Assembly: GCA_900769735.1 (NCBI GenBank)
Contig: CAAGHY010000062.1
Span: 1 to 61,530 of the forward strand
Origin: Rikenellaceae bacterium
GTDB taxonomy: Bacteria > Bacteroidota > Bacteroidia > Bacteroidales > UBA932
Direction of reading: 5' to 3'
Length of the DNA stretch: 61,530 nucleotides
Part shown: positions 37,626-47,679 of the stretch, piece by piece
Numbering within the stretch: the stretch's first letter is position 1
Layout of the letters: each line of letters opens with the position of its first letter
Notes under the pieces: model-generated
What the model saw: the letters and a program-made list of their open reading frames with translations, nothing else
Told to the model about the DNA's origin: nothing
Database searches by the model: none
Translations under genes and position numbers: made by a program

Positions 37626-40472
37626 TTACTTTCTGCAGACAGCCTGCAATTTGCAATATCCGCAATTCTTCTCCTGAGGATTTGGATAGAACGGAATATC
37701 CTCATTAAAAATCTCATCCACGCACTCAATAAGCAGTCCCTTGAACTGCTCCAGCCCCTCCTGCTCCAGCAGAATCTGCACAGGTGACTCCTTGGCCAAC
37801 TTCTTCAGCTGGTAAATTGTAAGGAGCACATCCTCAACCGGCTCCCCAGCAACCAGCTTTTCATCAAACATAATGAGTGCATACAGATACAGCTGCGCAA
37901 TGGCCTTGTATTTCCCCTCGCCCTGCTTGTCAAACAGCTGCGAAAGTTCAAATTTACTGTCGGGAGGATTTACGGAACCTGTCTTATAGTCTATAATTCT
38001 GGTAATGTTCCCCTCCACAAGGGTATCAATCCTGTCTATGAAAGCCTTGAAATTCACCTGCAAAGCACCGCCCTGCACAGGTAGTTTGTACCTGAACCTC
38101 CTCTCTCCCGCCACATATCTGAAAGGGGCCGCCTTGATGTCTGCATCCAATGCCAGATCTATATATTTCCTCAGAAGAGCCTCCACAATCTTGTGCTGCC
38201 CTGTAAGGGAATCTGTATGCATATACTTCACAAAACCCTCCAATATCAGCTTCCCGACAGTTTCCTTATCCCTCTTCTCCCTCTTCACATCATCCTCACC
38301 AACCCTCTTACCCTCATATTTCTTGTAGATGCCTTCCATCACGTGGTGGAAAATGCTGCCGAACACGTTGCTTTCCACAGTCTCCGCCACCTCCTCTTCC
38401 TCAACCATACCCTCCACATTCTCCACATAGAACTTGAGCGGGCAGGAAATATAATTGTTGAGGGCACTGGCCGAAAGGGATTTATCCCCGTTGCCGGTAT
38501 ACATCTGAAGCAGTTTCTCCATAACGGCACCCCTCTTCTCCACCTGGATTCCCTGCTGCGCATCCCCCAACACCGGAGGAACAGAAACCGCCATCTCATT
38601 TACGTTTACTCCAAAATGGTATTTGAGCTGTTTTACATAACGGCTCACCTCCCCGCTTGAAAGCCCCTCAGAGCGGGTATCATAAACCATATGCACATTC
38701 CTGGCCCTGCAGATGCTCCTGTAGAAATGGTACGCCGCAATGCCGTCCTGCAGTTCGTATGTAGGGAGGCCGAATCCTACCCTCAGATTGTAAGGTATTA
38801 TTGAGTTGCCAATATTGGATGAAGGGAACTTGCCCTCATTGGCTGAGACAATTATCACATTCTCAAAATCAAGCGCACGGGTTTCAAGGGTTCCCATTAT
38901 CTGCAAACCCTTAAGAGGTTCACCCTTGAACGGCACCACTATTGAGTTGCACAGCTGCTCCACCAGCTTAAGGCAGGTCTTTGTTTCCATTGGAATCTGC
39001 AGCTGCTGCACCCTTTTCACCCTCTGGTGATACTGGCAGATGAACTCCCTGTCCCATCTTTCAAGCACACCATCAAGGTATTCCAGAATTGAAGCCATAT
39101 AGGAGAGCATCTCTCCGCTCCCCGCTACTGGCACAAGAAGTTTTTCAAGCAGTTCACCGGCATTTTCCAGCACCGGCGAGTCACTTGCAACATATATCAT
39201 ATTCCCCTCCAGAATTTTCCGCTTTATTTGGGCAGATGCCTCTGGAGCCAATTTTTTCACATATTCGTGGGCAAGGAGATCCAGCAATGACTTGTGGTAG
39301 AACTCCGTTTTTCCCCCCTTCACCCTGCTATCCTGCTGCAGCTGCTTTACCAGATTCATGAATGAAGCCAGTGAAGTGGCAGTTATGGGGTATCCCATTG
39401 TAACATTTATGGATTTGAACTTGTGGGGAATTGAATTCAGCACAGGCATAAGGAGATTCTCATCGGGAAGAACAATTGCAGTGGAGAATGCCTCCTTGTC
39501 CATAACCTCCCATTGCGGGAAAAGTTTCTCCAGGATGTCCGCTACCACAAATGCCTGTCCTACTCCCGACGGCGATGCATACACATTGTAGCTCTGCTGC
39601 TCCACAGGAAGGGCTCCCCCTGTTGCATCCAATTCATATCTGGCAGGGAACTCCTTGGCAAATTCACTTATGATTTCAGATGCACCGTTACTGGAATCAG
39701 AAAGCATAGGGCCATAAAAATCCCAATAGAAATCTCCTTTTCCGGCATCACGCAGATACTGCATCACCCTCCTCTCGCACTTGTTTGGAGCATTGAATCC
39801 TATGAAAACTATCCTCTTTTCAAAATCATATTTCTCAACACAGCCGGCAACTTTGCGGTAAATCTGCCCCTCATATCCTACCCCTTTTGCCTTCAGGGCA
39901 GAATTGAAGTTCTCATACAACCGGTACATCAGCCCCCATATTGAAGAGAAGAGTTCCTTTTTGCTGCTGAGGGTTCCCCCTTTCAGGTAGTTTGTCCAGA
40001 AACTCTTTACCGCCTCAAACTGTTTGGGGCTCAGATAGGAGAAATCACTCTCAATCTCCTTCAGCTCCTTGATGTTTGTAAAGAGCTGGCGGGGATCAAC
40101 AAGGTATTTGTCTATGTCATTGAAGTCTTTAAGGATGGCGTCCCCCCAATGTACAAACTCATCAAAGGTGTCCTTGCCACTGGCAGGATCATAACCTGCC
40201 CCACTGTATTTGAGGGCTATATATTCTTTGTACAGAATATACAGCTGTTCCACAGAATCAGCCGGAACCAAGTCTGCCAGTTCAACAAAAAGCTCGTTGA
40301 TGGTCCCTATCTGGGGAGAGAAAAGGGGCCTGCCCCATTTTTTGCCGTACTCCTCCCCCAGGAACTTCTGGAAGAACTTCATTGAACGTCTGTTTGGCAA
40401 CACAAACCTGCACCCCAAATCATCATTTGCCACAAATGCTGCAGCCACTTGCCTTAAAAACTGATTCTCCAT
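37626..40472 (-). CDS. AddB-like PD-(D/E)XK nuclease subunit with an iron-staple Cys motif
   Basis: 948 aa with the C-terminal motifs IIDYKTG and CGYCKLQAVC (CxxCx5C), plus an upstream Cys (ISCPLKFY). Confidence 0.8.
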   Translation of the reverse strand: MENQFLRQVAAAFVANDDLGCRFVLPNRRSMKFFQKFLGEEYGKKWGRPLFSPQIGTINELFVELADLVPADSVEQLYILYKEYIALKYSGAGYDPASGKDTFDEFVHWGDAILKDFNDIDKYLVDPRQLFTNIKELKEIESDFSYLSPKQFEAVKSFWTNYLKGGTLSSKKELFSSIWGLMYRLYENFNSALKAKGVGYEGQIYRKVAGCVEKYDFEKRIVFIGFNAPNKCERRVMQYLRDAGKGDFYWDFYGPMLSDSSNGASEIISEFAKEFPARYELDATGGALPVEQQSYNVYASPSGVGQAFVVADILEKLFPQWEVMDKEAFSTAIVLPDENLLMPVLNSIPHKFKSINVTMGYPITATSLASFMNLVKQLQQDSRVKGGKTEFYHKSLLDLLAHEYVKKLAPEASAQIKRKILEGNMIYVASDSPVLENAGELLEKLLVPVAGSGEMLSYMASILEYLDGVLERWDREFICQYHQRVKRVQQLQIPMETKTCLKLVEQLCNSIVVPFKGEPLKGLQIMGTLETRALDFENVIIVSANEGKFPSSNIGNSIIPYNLRVGFGLPTYELQDGIAAYHFYRSICRARNVHMVYDTRSEGLSSGEVSRYVKQLKYHFGVNVNEMAVSVPPVLGDAQQGIQVEKRGAVMEKLLQMYTGNGDKSLSASALNNYISCPLKFYVENVEGMVEEEEVAETVESNVFGSIFHHVMEGIYKKYEGKRVGEDDVKREKRDKETVGKLILEGFVKYMHTDSLTGQHKIVEALLRKYIDLALDADIKAAPFRYVAGERRFRYKLPVQGGALQVNFKAFIDRIDTLVEGNITRIIDYKTGSVNPPDSKFELSQLFDKQGEGKYKAIAQLYLYALIMFDEKLVAGEPVEDVLLTIYQLKKLAKESPVQILLEQEGLEQFKGLLIECVDEIFNEDIPFYPNPQEKNCGYCKLQAVCRK

Positions 40473-40486
40473 AAATGTTTTTCCTG

Positions 40487-42697
40487 TTAGCCCAACTCCT
40501 TAACTTTCTGTTTCTCGCCTACTACCCACACTGTATCACCGGGCTGGATGATTGTTGCAGATGTGGTTCTTATGAATGTATTGCTGTTTTCACCCTCCAG
40601 GCCAACAAGCAACACTCCAAATTTCTCCCTTATGTTGGTAATGTTGGCATTCTCACCTATCATAGGGGAAGTGTCTCCCAATGTAACCTGGAAAAGCTCC
40701 ATCTCCGCTGATGTTCCCTCCCTTGGTTTAACCCTCTCCTCGGCAGCCTCCTTGAACTCCATTATCTGTTTGTCCGTACCCAGGATAATGAGAATATCCA
40801 TCGGGAAGATAACCTCTGAATTCACTGGAAGATCTATGGTTTCCAAACCTCTTATCATCTGGATTATAAGGGCACCTGTCTGCTTGCTCTTGTGAATCTG
40901 GGAGATTGTTTTGCCGGCCATATATGAGTTTGGCTCCACTTCCACCTTCTCAATATGGATCTCATCCGCCAGCTCACGTGGGAGGATCAAAGAGCGTCTG
41001 CCACCCTCACTGTTCAGGTTGGTGAGGAACCTCTCCTCAATTCTGGCATAATAGCCTTTGATTTTCTTTGACACCAGCACCACTGAAATGGTAAAGGCAC
41101 ATAGAGTGAGGGCCGCACCATATCCCATTGCAAAGTAGAAAGATGATGTGATGGATATTGCAATTATGGCAATCAGATACTTGAAGATCATCATAAACAG
41201 CAGCGGTCCCCTGGCAAACTTCTGGTCCTGCCAGATTTTGTCAAACACTCCGTCTCCGTCCTTTCTCTTGAGCAGTCCCCACAAGAATGGGAGCATTGCA
41301 ACCAGATTCAACAGGAATGAAAGTATCCTTATATGCCTTGGCTCACCAAAGAATCCTACAATTATAGGATAAATCACCTGAGTGAAGAAAATGTTCACAA
41401 ACAGCAGCCACCCTATGTAAATGAAAAGCCTCAGGGCATATGATTTCAACAGCTTGTTCCACTCACCCTCCTTATCCAAAGTTTTCCTACCTGTACCTAA
41501 CCTCTCAATAACCGTTCTCCACTGCGGCTTCACATTGTTGTAGATTGCATTGTAAAGCGGCTCACCCAACTTTATCCAATAAGGGGTAACAAATGTGGTA
41601 AGGATGGAAACCGTAACAATTACCGGATACAGATGCTCCGGAAGCACTTTATGGTCCAATCCCATCTGCACAATGATGAATGAGAACTCACCAATCTGGC
41701 ACAAGCATATTCCCGACAGCATTGCATTTTTAAGGGTTTGGCCGGAAAACAGCAAACCCAAAGTGGCCGCCAACGGCTTGGCCACAATAATCACTGCAGA
41801 GATGATGAGGATCTGGTACCAGTAATTTACAATGGCAGAAGGGTCCACCATCATACCAACAGACACAAAGAATATTGCCCCAAAAAAATCCTTTATGGGT
41901 TTGGTAAGCTTCACAATCTTCTCACTGTGCATTGTACCACTGAGGATGGAACCCATTACAAAGGCACCCAATGCCTCGGAGATTCCCGCCTTGATTGTGA
42001 TAACCACCATAAGGAAACACAAACCCAGGGAAACCACAATAAGGGTCTCTCCAGTAAGAAAATTCTTTATTTTCCTGAAAATTGTAGGGATAAAATAGAT
42101 ACCACCGGTAAACCACAACAACAGGAACAGCGCCAGATGGGCAATCTTGTCGGCCAGCTCCACACCGTTGAAACTGGTACTCAACACCAGTGCCGGCAGC
42201 ATCACCAGAATAAGGATTGCCACCATATCCTCCACTACAAGGGCTCCAAAAACAAGTTGCGTGAACTTCTTGTTCTTCACACCCATATCATCAAACGCCT
42301 TAATGATGATTGATGTAGAGGAGATACTCAACATACCGCCAAGGAAAATGGAAGTTACCCAGTCCCAGTCCAGCACGCGTCCCACAAGGGTACCCATACT
42401 GAACATCATAACCACCTCCGTAAACACGGTCATGAATCCGGTTCCTCCAACCTTCTTCAACTTCTTGAAATTGAACTCAAGGCCCAGTCCGAACAACAGG
42501 AAAATCACACCTATCTTGCCCCAGAAATCAATGCTCTCCACCTCCGCAACAGTTGGGAGATATGTAAAATGCGGACCCGCAAAAACTCCGGCTACTATAT
42601 AGCCCAGAACCAGCGGCTGCTTAAGTTTCTTGAACACTATGGTCACCACACCGGCAACCATAAGAATCAATGCCAAATCGGATAAAAGCGCATTCAT
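40487..42697 (-). CDS. CPA2 (Kef-type) cation:proton antiporter with two C-terminal RCK_C/TrkA-C domains
   Basis: 736 aa with a polytopic N-terminal half and two TrkA-C-like repeats at the C-terminus. Confidence 0.85.
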   Translation of the reverse strand: MNALLSDLALILMVAGVVTIVFKKLKQPLVLGYIVAGVFAGPHFTYLPTVAEVESIDFWGKIGVIFLLFGLGLEFNFKKLKKVGGTGFMTVFTEVVMMFSMGTLVGRVLDWDWVTSIFLGGMLSISSTSIIIKAFDDMGVKNKKFTQLVFGALVVEDMVAILILVMLPALVLSTSFNGVELADKIAHLALFLLLWFTGGIYFIPTIFRKIKNFLTGETLIVVSLGLCFLMVVITIKAGISEALGAFVMGSILSGTMHSEKIVKLTKPIKDFFGAIFFVSVGMMVDPSAIVNYWYQILIISAVIIVAKPLAATLGLLFSGQTLKNAMLSGICLCQIGEFSFIIVQMGLDHKVLPEHLYPVIVTVSILTTFVTPYWIKLGEPLYNAIYNNVKPQWRTVIERLGTGRKTLDKEGEWNKLLKSYALRLFIYIGWLLFVNIFFTQVIYPIIVGFFGEPRHIRILSFLLNLVAMLPFLWGLLKRKDGDGVFDKIWQDQKFARGPLLFMMIFKYLIAIIAISITSSFYFAMGYGAALTLCAFTISVVLVSKKIKGYYARIEERFLTNLNSEGGRRSLILPRELADEIHIEKVEVEPNSYMAGKTISQIHKSKQTGALIIQMIRGLETIDLPVNSEVIFPMDILIILGTDKQIMEFKEAAEERVKPREGTSAEMELFQVTLGDTSPMIGENANITNIREKFGVLLVGLEGENSNTFIRTTSATIIQPGDTVWVVGEKQKVKELG

Positions 42698-42698
42698 C

Positions 42699-43361
42699 TT
42701 ACTCTACCTTCAATTGTGAAATATTATCCAGTTGCTGTATGAACACAAACAGCCCGTTCTGCTCCCTGTGTCCTCTTATCTTCATTATAATCTCCGCCTT
42801 ATACAGCACAATGCCACCCATTGCCTCCTCCGCAGAGCTGTACTGTACAAGATGGTACTTCTTCCTGTGGATCTCCTCCACCACCTTCTCAAGGTTCCCC
42901 TTGTCCGAAGTATAGAAAGTTATGGAAACAGAGCTCAGCCCCACCTTGCCAAACGCAAGGGTTAGTACCTCAAGTCCTATCAGAACCAGAATGGTAGCCG
43001 CCACTCCAATGAAATACATACCGCCACCTACTGCCATTCCAATACCGGCTGTAGCCCACATACCGGCTGCAGTAGTGAGGCCTCTGATAAACTGCTTGTG
43101 GAAAATGATTGTACCGGCACCCAGAAAACCAATACCGCTCACAATCTGCGCCGCTACACGGGCACCGTCATAATTGGCCCCCTGCGCATCCAGCACTGCC
43201 CCAAAACCGTACTGCGAAATCACCATAAACAGTGCACTTCCCAAACTCACCAGAAAATGGGTCCTGAACCCCGCCTCCTTGGCACGGTACTCCCTGTCCA
43301 AACCAATGATTGCCCCCAGCATACCTGCCACGAACAACCTCAAAACCAAATTCCACTCCAT
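42699..43361 (-). CDS. MgtC/SapB-family membrane protein
   Basis: Contains the motif GFRTHFLVSLGSALF. 220 aa. Confidence 0.85.
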   Translation of the reverse strand: MEWNLVLRLFVAGMLGAIIGLDREYRAKEAGFRTHFLVSLGSALFMVISQYGFGAVLDAQGANYDGARVAAQIVSGIGFLGAGTIIFHKQFIRGLTTAAGMWATAGIGMAVGGGMYFIGVAATILVLIGLEVLTLAFGKVGLSSVSITFYTSDKGNLEKVVEEIHRKKYHLVQYSSAEEAMGGIVLYKAEIIMKIRGHREQNGLFVFIQQLDNISQLKVE

Positions 43362-43440
43362 AAATTTTCCTCCCTGTGATTAACCACAAAAGGGGTAACT
43401 TTACAGCTACCCCTTCATATACTGGAATTGCAACAAAAAA

Positions 43441-44769
43441 TTACAATCTTGCGCGGATAGCTTTAGAAGCCTCCTCATATCCAGGTTTGTCCAAAAGGGC
43501 AAACATATTCTTCTTGTAATCCTCAACGCCCGGCTGGTTGAACGGATTCACACCCAACATATAACCGCTGATACCACAAGCAATCTCAAACATATAGAAC
43601 AACTGACCAAGGTTATACTCATCAATCTGGTCAATCTCAATCTCAAAGTTAGGAACGCCACCATCTGTGTGAGCCAGACGGGTACCCAACTGAGCCATCT
43701 TGTTAACCTCCTCAACACGTTTGCCGGCAAGGAAGTTCAAGCCGTCAAGATTCTGCTCGTCAGCCTCAATCTTAACAGTATGGAAAGCCTTCTTAACCAA
43801 CACGTTTGTCTCAAACAAAGTTCTCTCGCCATCCTGAATGTACTGGCCCATAGAGTGCAAATCAGTTGAGAAGTTAACGGAAGCAGGGAAAATACCTTTA
43901 CCGTCCTTACCCTCGCTCTCTCCGTAAAGCTGTTTCCACCACTCACCCAAATACTGAAGTTTAGGGTTGTAGTTAACCAGAATCTCTATCTTCTTGCCCA
44001 AAGCATAAGCCGCATTACGTGCAGCAGCATAAAGGATAGCTGGGTTTGAAGCCTCTTTCTTTGCACAAATTGCCTGCATATCCTTGGCACCCTCAACCAA
44101 TGCCTTGATGTCAAAACCGGCAACAGCAATTGGAAGCAGACCTACTGGAGTAAGAACTGAGAAACGGCCACCTACGTTATCAGGAATGATGAAAGTTGTA
44201 TACCCCTCCTGATTTGCCAAAGTTCTCAAAGCACCTTTTGAAGCATCTGTAATTGCAACAATTCTCTCTTTGCAGATCTCCTTGCCAAATCTCTTCTCCA
44301 TATCCTCCTTAAGAATACGGAAAGCAATTGCAGGCTCAGTAGTAGTACCTGATTTAGAAATTACAATTGTTGCATAAGTTCTGTGAGAAAGGAACTCAAG
44401 AAGCTCAGCAGTATAATCCTCAGAAATGTTCTGACCGGCAAAAACAATCTGCGGATGAGTGTTAGGCATGCTTGCCGCAAAAGTATGAGAAAGTGCCTCA
44501 ATTGCACATTTTGCACCCAAATAAGAACCGCCAATACCCACAACAACCACAGCATCAACCTTGCCAATCCATCTCTTTACAATGCTGTTGCAAGCATCAA
44601 TCAAATTGGCATCAATCTCCGATGGAAGATTAACCCAACCCAAGAAATCATTTCCTGCACCATTACCTGCAAGAACAGTATCCAAACCGGCATACGCCTT
44701 CTCAATCTGCTCATTCAAAAGAGCCTCTGAAATAAAGCCTTCAGCAGCTTTCAAATTTATAGAAACCAT
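43441..44769 (-). CDS. pgi: Glucose-6-phosphate isomerase
   Basis: 442 aa with the SIS/PGI motifs [16 protein letters not shown] and GGRFSV. Confidence 0.92.
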   Translation of the reverse strand: MVSINLKAAEGFISEALLNEQIEKAYAGLDTVLAGNGAGNDFLGWVNLPSEIDANLIDACNSIVKRWIGKVDAVVVVGIGGSYLGAKCAIEALSHTFAASMPNTHPQIVFAGQNISEDYTAELLEFLSHRTYATIVISKSGTTTEPAIAFRILKEDMEKRFGKEICKERIVAITDASKGALRTLANQEGYTTFIIPDNVGGRFSVLTPVGLLPIAVAGFDIKALVEGAKDMQAICAKKEASNPAILYAAARNAAYALGKKIEILVNYNPKLQYLGEWWKQLYGESEGKDGKGIFPASVNFSTDLHSMGQYIQDGERTLFETNVLVKKAFHTVKIEADEQNLDGLNFLAGKRVEEVNKMAQLGTRLAHTDGGVPNFEIEIDQIDEYNLGQLFYMFEIACGISGYMLGVNPFNQPGVEDYKKNMFALLDKPGYEEASKAIRARL

Positions 44770-44823
44770 TATATTGTCTGTTTTTAATATTTTTCTTCCC
44801 GATAACTAATTTCTTTAAAATAA

Positions 44824-45837
44824 TTAGAATAGTTCTTCTGTAAGCTGTTTGATAACAAACGGAGGATATCTCTCCTCATACAGAATCCTGTAAACCGCAT
44901 CAGCAATAGGCATATCAATTCTGTACTCCTTGTTGATCTCGTGAATGCAGCGGCTAGCATAATACCCCTCAGCCACCATACTCATCTCCACCTGCGCACT
45001 CTTAACCGAGTACCCCTTGCCAATCATATTTCCAAATGTCCTGTTACGGCTGAACTGGGAATATCCCGTTACAAGAAGGTCTCCCAAATATGCCGCAGAC
45101 TTCACTACGCGTGAATCGTCGGGATGAGTGGCATTGAGGAATGTTGCCAGCTCATTGAAGGCGTTGGTCATAAGTACTGCCATAAAGTTGTCTCCGTAAC
45201 CAAGGCCGTGGCAAATGCCGGCTGCAATAGCATAAATGTTCTTGAGTGCCGCAGCATATTCCACACCGTAAATGTCCGTACCAGGGGTAGTCTTTATGTA
45301 CCTGCAGGCAAACACATCACAAAGGGCTCTTGCCACCTCAATGTGTTTGCTGGTAAGGGTAAGATATGAAAGGCGCTCCATTGAAACCTCCTCCGCGTGC
45401 CAAGGACCGCTTATGATACCAATCCTATCAAACGGAACATCGTACTCCTGATGGAAATACTCCGCAATGGTAAGGTTCATCTCGCCAACAAACCCCTTGA
45501 TAGCAGAGATGATGAACTTGTTCTCCAAAGAACCGGTAAAGTTCTTCATCACACCCATAAAGTATGCAGACGGAACACAGAAGACAAGCACATCTGCACT
45601 CTCAATAACCTCATTGATATCTGTGCTCATATTGAGTCTTGTTGGATCAAGCAACACCGACTGCAAATATGAACGGCTGTGATGGTTCTCACGTATATTG
45701 TCTATATTCTTTTGATTTCGCATGAACCACGATATGCTCTGCTGATGGTTGAGCAGCAATTTTACCAATGCCGTAGCCCAACTTCCGCTACCTATCATAG
45801 CATATCTGAGGTTCTCATTCTCAAAAAATGTAATCAT
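44824..45837 (-). CDS. gpsA: NAD(P)H-dependent glycerol-3-phosphate dehydrogenase
   Basis: The start was set at MITFF...YAMIGSGSWATAL (Rossmann GxGxxG). A -7 box lies inside the longer ORF-track version. Confidence 0.9.
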   Translation of the reverse strand: MITFFENENLRYAMIGSGSWATALVKLLLNHQQSISWFMRNQKNIDNIRENHHSRSYLQSVLLDPTRLNMSTDINEVIESADVLVFCVPSAYFMGVMKNFTGSLENKFIISAIKGFVGEMNLTIAEYFHQEYDVPFDRIGIISGPWHAEEVSMERLSYLTLTSKHIEVARALCDVFACRYIKTTPGTDIYGVEYAAALKNIYAIAAGICHGLGYGDNFMAVLMTNAFNELATFLNATHPDDSRVVKSAAYLGDLLVTGYSQFSRNRTFGNMIGKGYSVKSAQVEMSMVAEGYYASRCIHEINKEYRIDMPIADAVYRILYEERYPPFVIKQLTEELF

Positions 45838-45861
45838 ATGATTCTGCTTTTGTACAAAGTA

Positions 45862-45869
45862 CAAATATA
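45862..45869 (-). promoter_or_regulatory. -7 box TATATTTG for gpsA
   Basis: A TAnnTTTG match on the minus strand lies 25 nt upstream of the ATG at 45837. Confidence 0.45.
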
Positions 45870-46031
45870 ACCTTTTTGCCTGAGTATTAAAAATTTTTGT
45901 GGTCCCGGAAGTCCTATTCTCCGTCACAAAATCTACCCTCAAAAAAAATGTTCCCCAACCACAACATTTCGCCTCATCCTGGGAACACCACAATGCCAAA
46001 ATGCTCCCCAACCGGCACTAAAAAACAAAAC

Positions 46032-46059
46032 GGGCACAAAACCATAAGATTTTGTACCC
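46032..46059 (-). terminator. Terminator of pdxA-rnhA
   Basis: GGGCACAAAA pairs with TTTTGTACCC, 10 bp with one mismatch. On the minus strand it is followed by GTTTTGTTTTT. Confidence 0.6.
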
Positions 46060-46067
46060 ATAATCCT

Positions 46068-46523
46068 TTATTCTGCAACATACCCCTCATCTTCAGCAAG
46101 GTTGCCGGAGGTTGCCGCCTCAACAGCCAGTCTGTCACACCGTTCGTTTTCCGGGTGCCCGGCGTGCCCCTTTATCCAGAAGAAGCGCAGCTGGTGCTTT
46201 GAGGAGATTCTGAGGAAGCGCTCCCAGAGGTCTGAATTCTTCTGTTTATGCAGCCCTTTGCGCTGCCAGTTTGCGAGCCACCCCTCATTTATGGCCTTAA
46301 CCACGTATGATGAATCTGAGTAAATGTTCACCTGCGCATTGGGTCTCTTTATGGCCTCAAGCCCAACAATTACCGCCAGCAGCTCCATCCTGTTGTTTGT
46401 GGTACAGGAGAAACCTGCACTCAGCTCCTTGCGGTGAGGCCCGCAAGTAAGGACAACCCCGTACCCTCCAGGGCCGGGGTTTCCTCTTGAAGATCCGTCT
46501 GTATATAAGTTTATAGGTTGCAT
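46068..46523 (-). CDS. rnhA: Ribonuclease HI
   Basis: YTDGSSRGNPGPGGYG...NNRMEL...DSSY matches the DEDD core. The start overlaps the pdxA stop (TAATG). Confidence 0.9.
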   Translation of the reverse strand: MQPINLYTDGSSRGNPGPGGYGVVLTCGPHRKELSAGFSCTTNNRMELLAVIVGLEAIKRPNAQVNIYSDSSYVVKAINEGWLANWQRKGLHKQKNSDLWERFLRISSKHQLRFFWIKGHAGHPENERCDRLAVEAATSGNLAEDEGYVAE

Positions 46524-47608
46524 TATGCTATTACCGGTCTGCCGGGCCTCTCTTTCTGAGGCGCCTCAAACTCCTTTACTTTCAACGGGTTTGCATGCAT
46601 CTCTTCATAGCGCTCCCTGTTCCTGAATACGTCAATTGCCAAATAGATTGCACTTATCATAGATTGAGGATTTGCCTTGTTCTCACCGGCAAGGTCAAAT
46701 GCTGTTCCGTGGTCAGGCGATGTCCTTACAATTGGCAATCCTGCAGTGAAGTTCACTCCGCTGTCAAATGCAAGTGACTTGAACGGAATAAGTCCCTGGT
46801 CGTGGTACATTGCAAGTACTGCGTCAAATTTGTACTGCATGTTTACACTGAAGAAACCGTCGGGAGGATAAGGTCCGAATGCAAGGACTCCCTCCTCGTT
46901 GGCCTGTTTGATTGCAGGGGCAATAATATTAATTTCCTCGTCTCCCATAAGTCCTTTGTCTCCCGAGTGGGGATTTAATCCAAGGACTGCAAGTTTTGGT
47001 TTTACAATGCCAAAATCTCTCAACAGAGACTCGTTCATAATCTTCAGTTTGCTAACTATTAGCTCCGGATTCAATGCCTCCGAAACTTTGGAAAGGGCAA
47101 TATGGCCTGTTGCCACACCAACCCTCATCTGGTCCGAGCACAGGAACATAAGTCCGTCCTCTGCATTGAACTCATTGATAAGATACTCTGTATGACCGGC
47201 ATATTTGAATGTCTCCTCCGTTACAGAGCGTTTGTTGAACGGTGCGGTTACAATCACATCCAGATGCCCCTCTTTCATCTCCTCAACAGCCTTCTCCAAA
47301 GCAGTTATGGCCGCTTTTGCCCCATCATTTGTGCACTGGCCCGGATCAATCTGTATATTGTCGGGAAGACAATTTACAATGTTCACCCTTTTTGGATGGG
47401 CATCTTTTGCAGATGAAATTATATTTGTATTAATGTTCTCTGTTTCAGGTATATTTTTTCTGTAAAAGCCGAAAGCCTTTGAAGAGCCGTACACTACGGG
47501 TGTACACATCTCCAGAATTCTGGCATCAGACAATGCCTTGATTATCACCTCATACCCTATACCATTGGTATCTCCCTGTGTTATTCCAACAACTATCTTG
47601 CGTGTCAT
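46523..47608 (-). CDS. pdxA: 4-hydroxythreonine-4-phosphate dehydrogenase
   Basis: GITQGDTNGIGYE...GHTEY...HGTAFD. The ATG at 47608 is preferred over the TTG at 47617. Confidence 0.9.
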   Translation of the reverse strand: MTRKIVVGITQGDTNGIGYEVIIKALSDARILEMCTPVVYGSSKAFGFYRKNIPETENINTNIISSAKDAHPKRVNIVNCLPDNIQIDPGQCTNDGAKAAITALEKAVEEMKEGHLDVIVTAPFNKRSVTEETFKYAGHTEYLINEFNAEDGLMFLCSDQMRVGVATGHIALSKVSEALNPELIVSKLKIMNESLLRDFGIVKPKLAVLGLNPHSGDKGLMGDEEINIIAPAIKQANEEGVLAFGPYPPDGFFSVNMQYKFDAVLAMYHDQGLIPFKSLAFDSGVNFTAGLPIVRTSPDHGTAFDLAGENKANPQSMISAIYLAIDVFRNRERYEEMHANPLKVKEFEAPQKERPGRPVIA

Positions 47609-47679
47609 AAAATTCAAAATTAACTCTGCAAGTTAATAAAAAAAACCGGAATAGCACCATTTTAATTAACTTTGTAATT

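Noticed and set aside
45838-46011. N-terminal extensions offered by the ORF track. These include gpsA to 46011, glnS to 52545, the DUF3575-like gene to 30656, the fimbrillin to 28077 and the lipoprotein to 56070. TTG-initiated versions occur at 32582, 37665 and 47617.
   Set aside because: In each case an internal ATG gives a canonical N-terminus (Rossmann loop, signal peptide, lipobox or Walker A context). The extension either contains a TAnnTTTG promoter box or overlaps the upstream gene.
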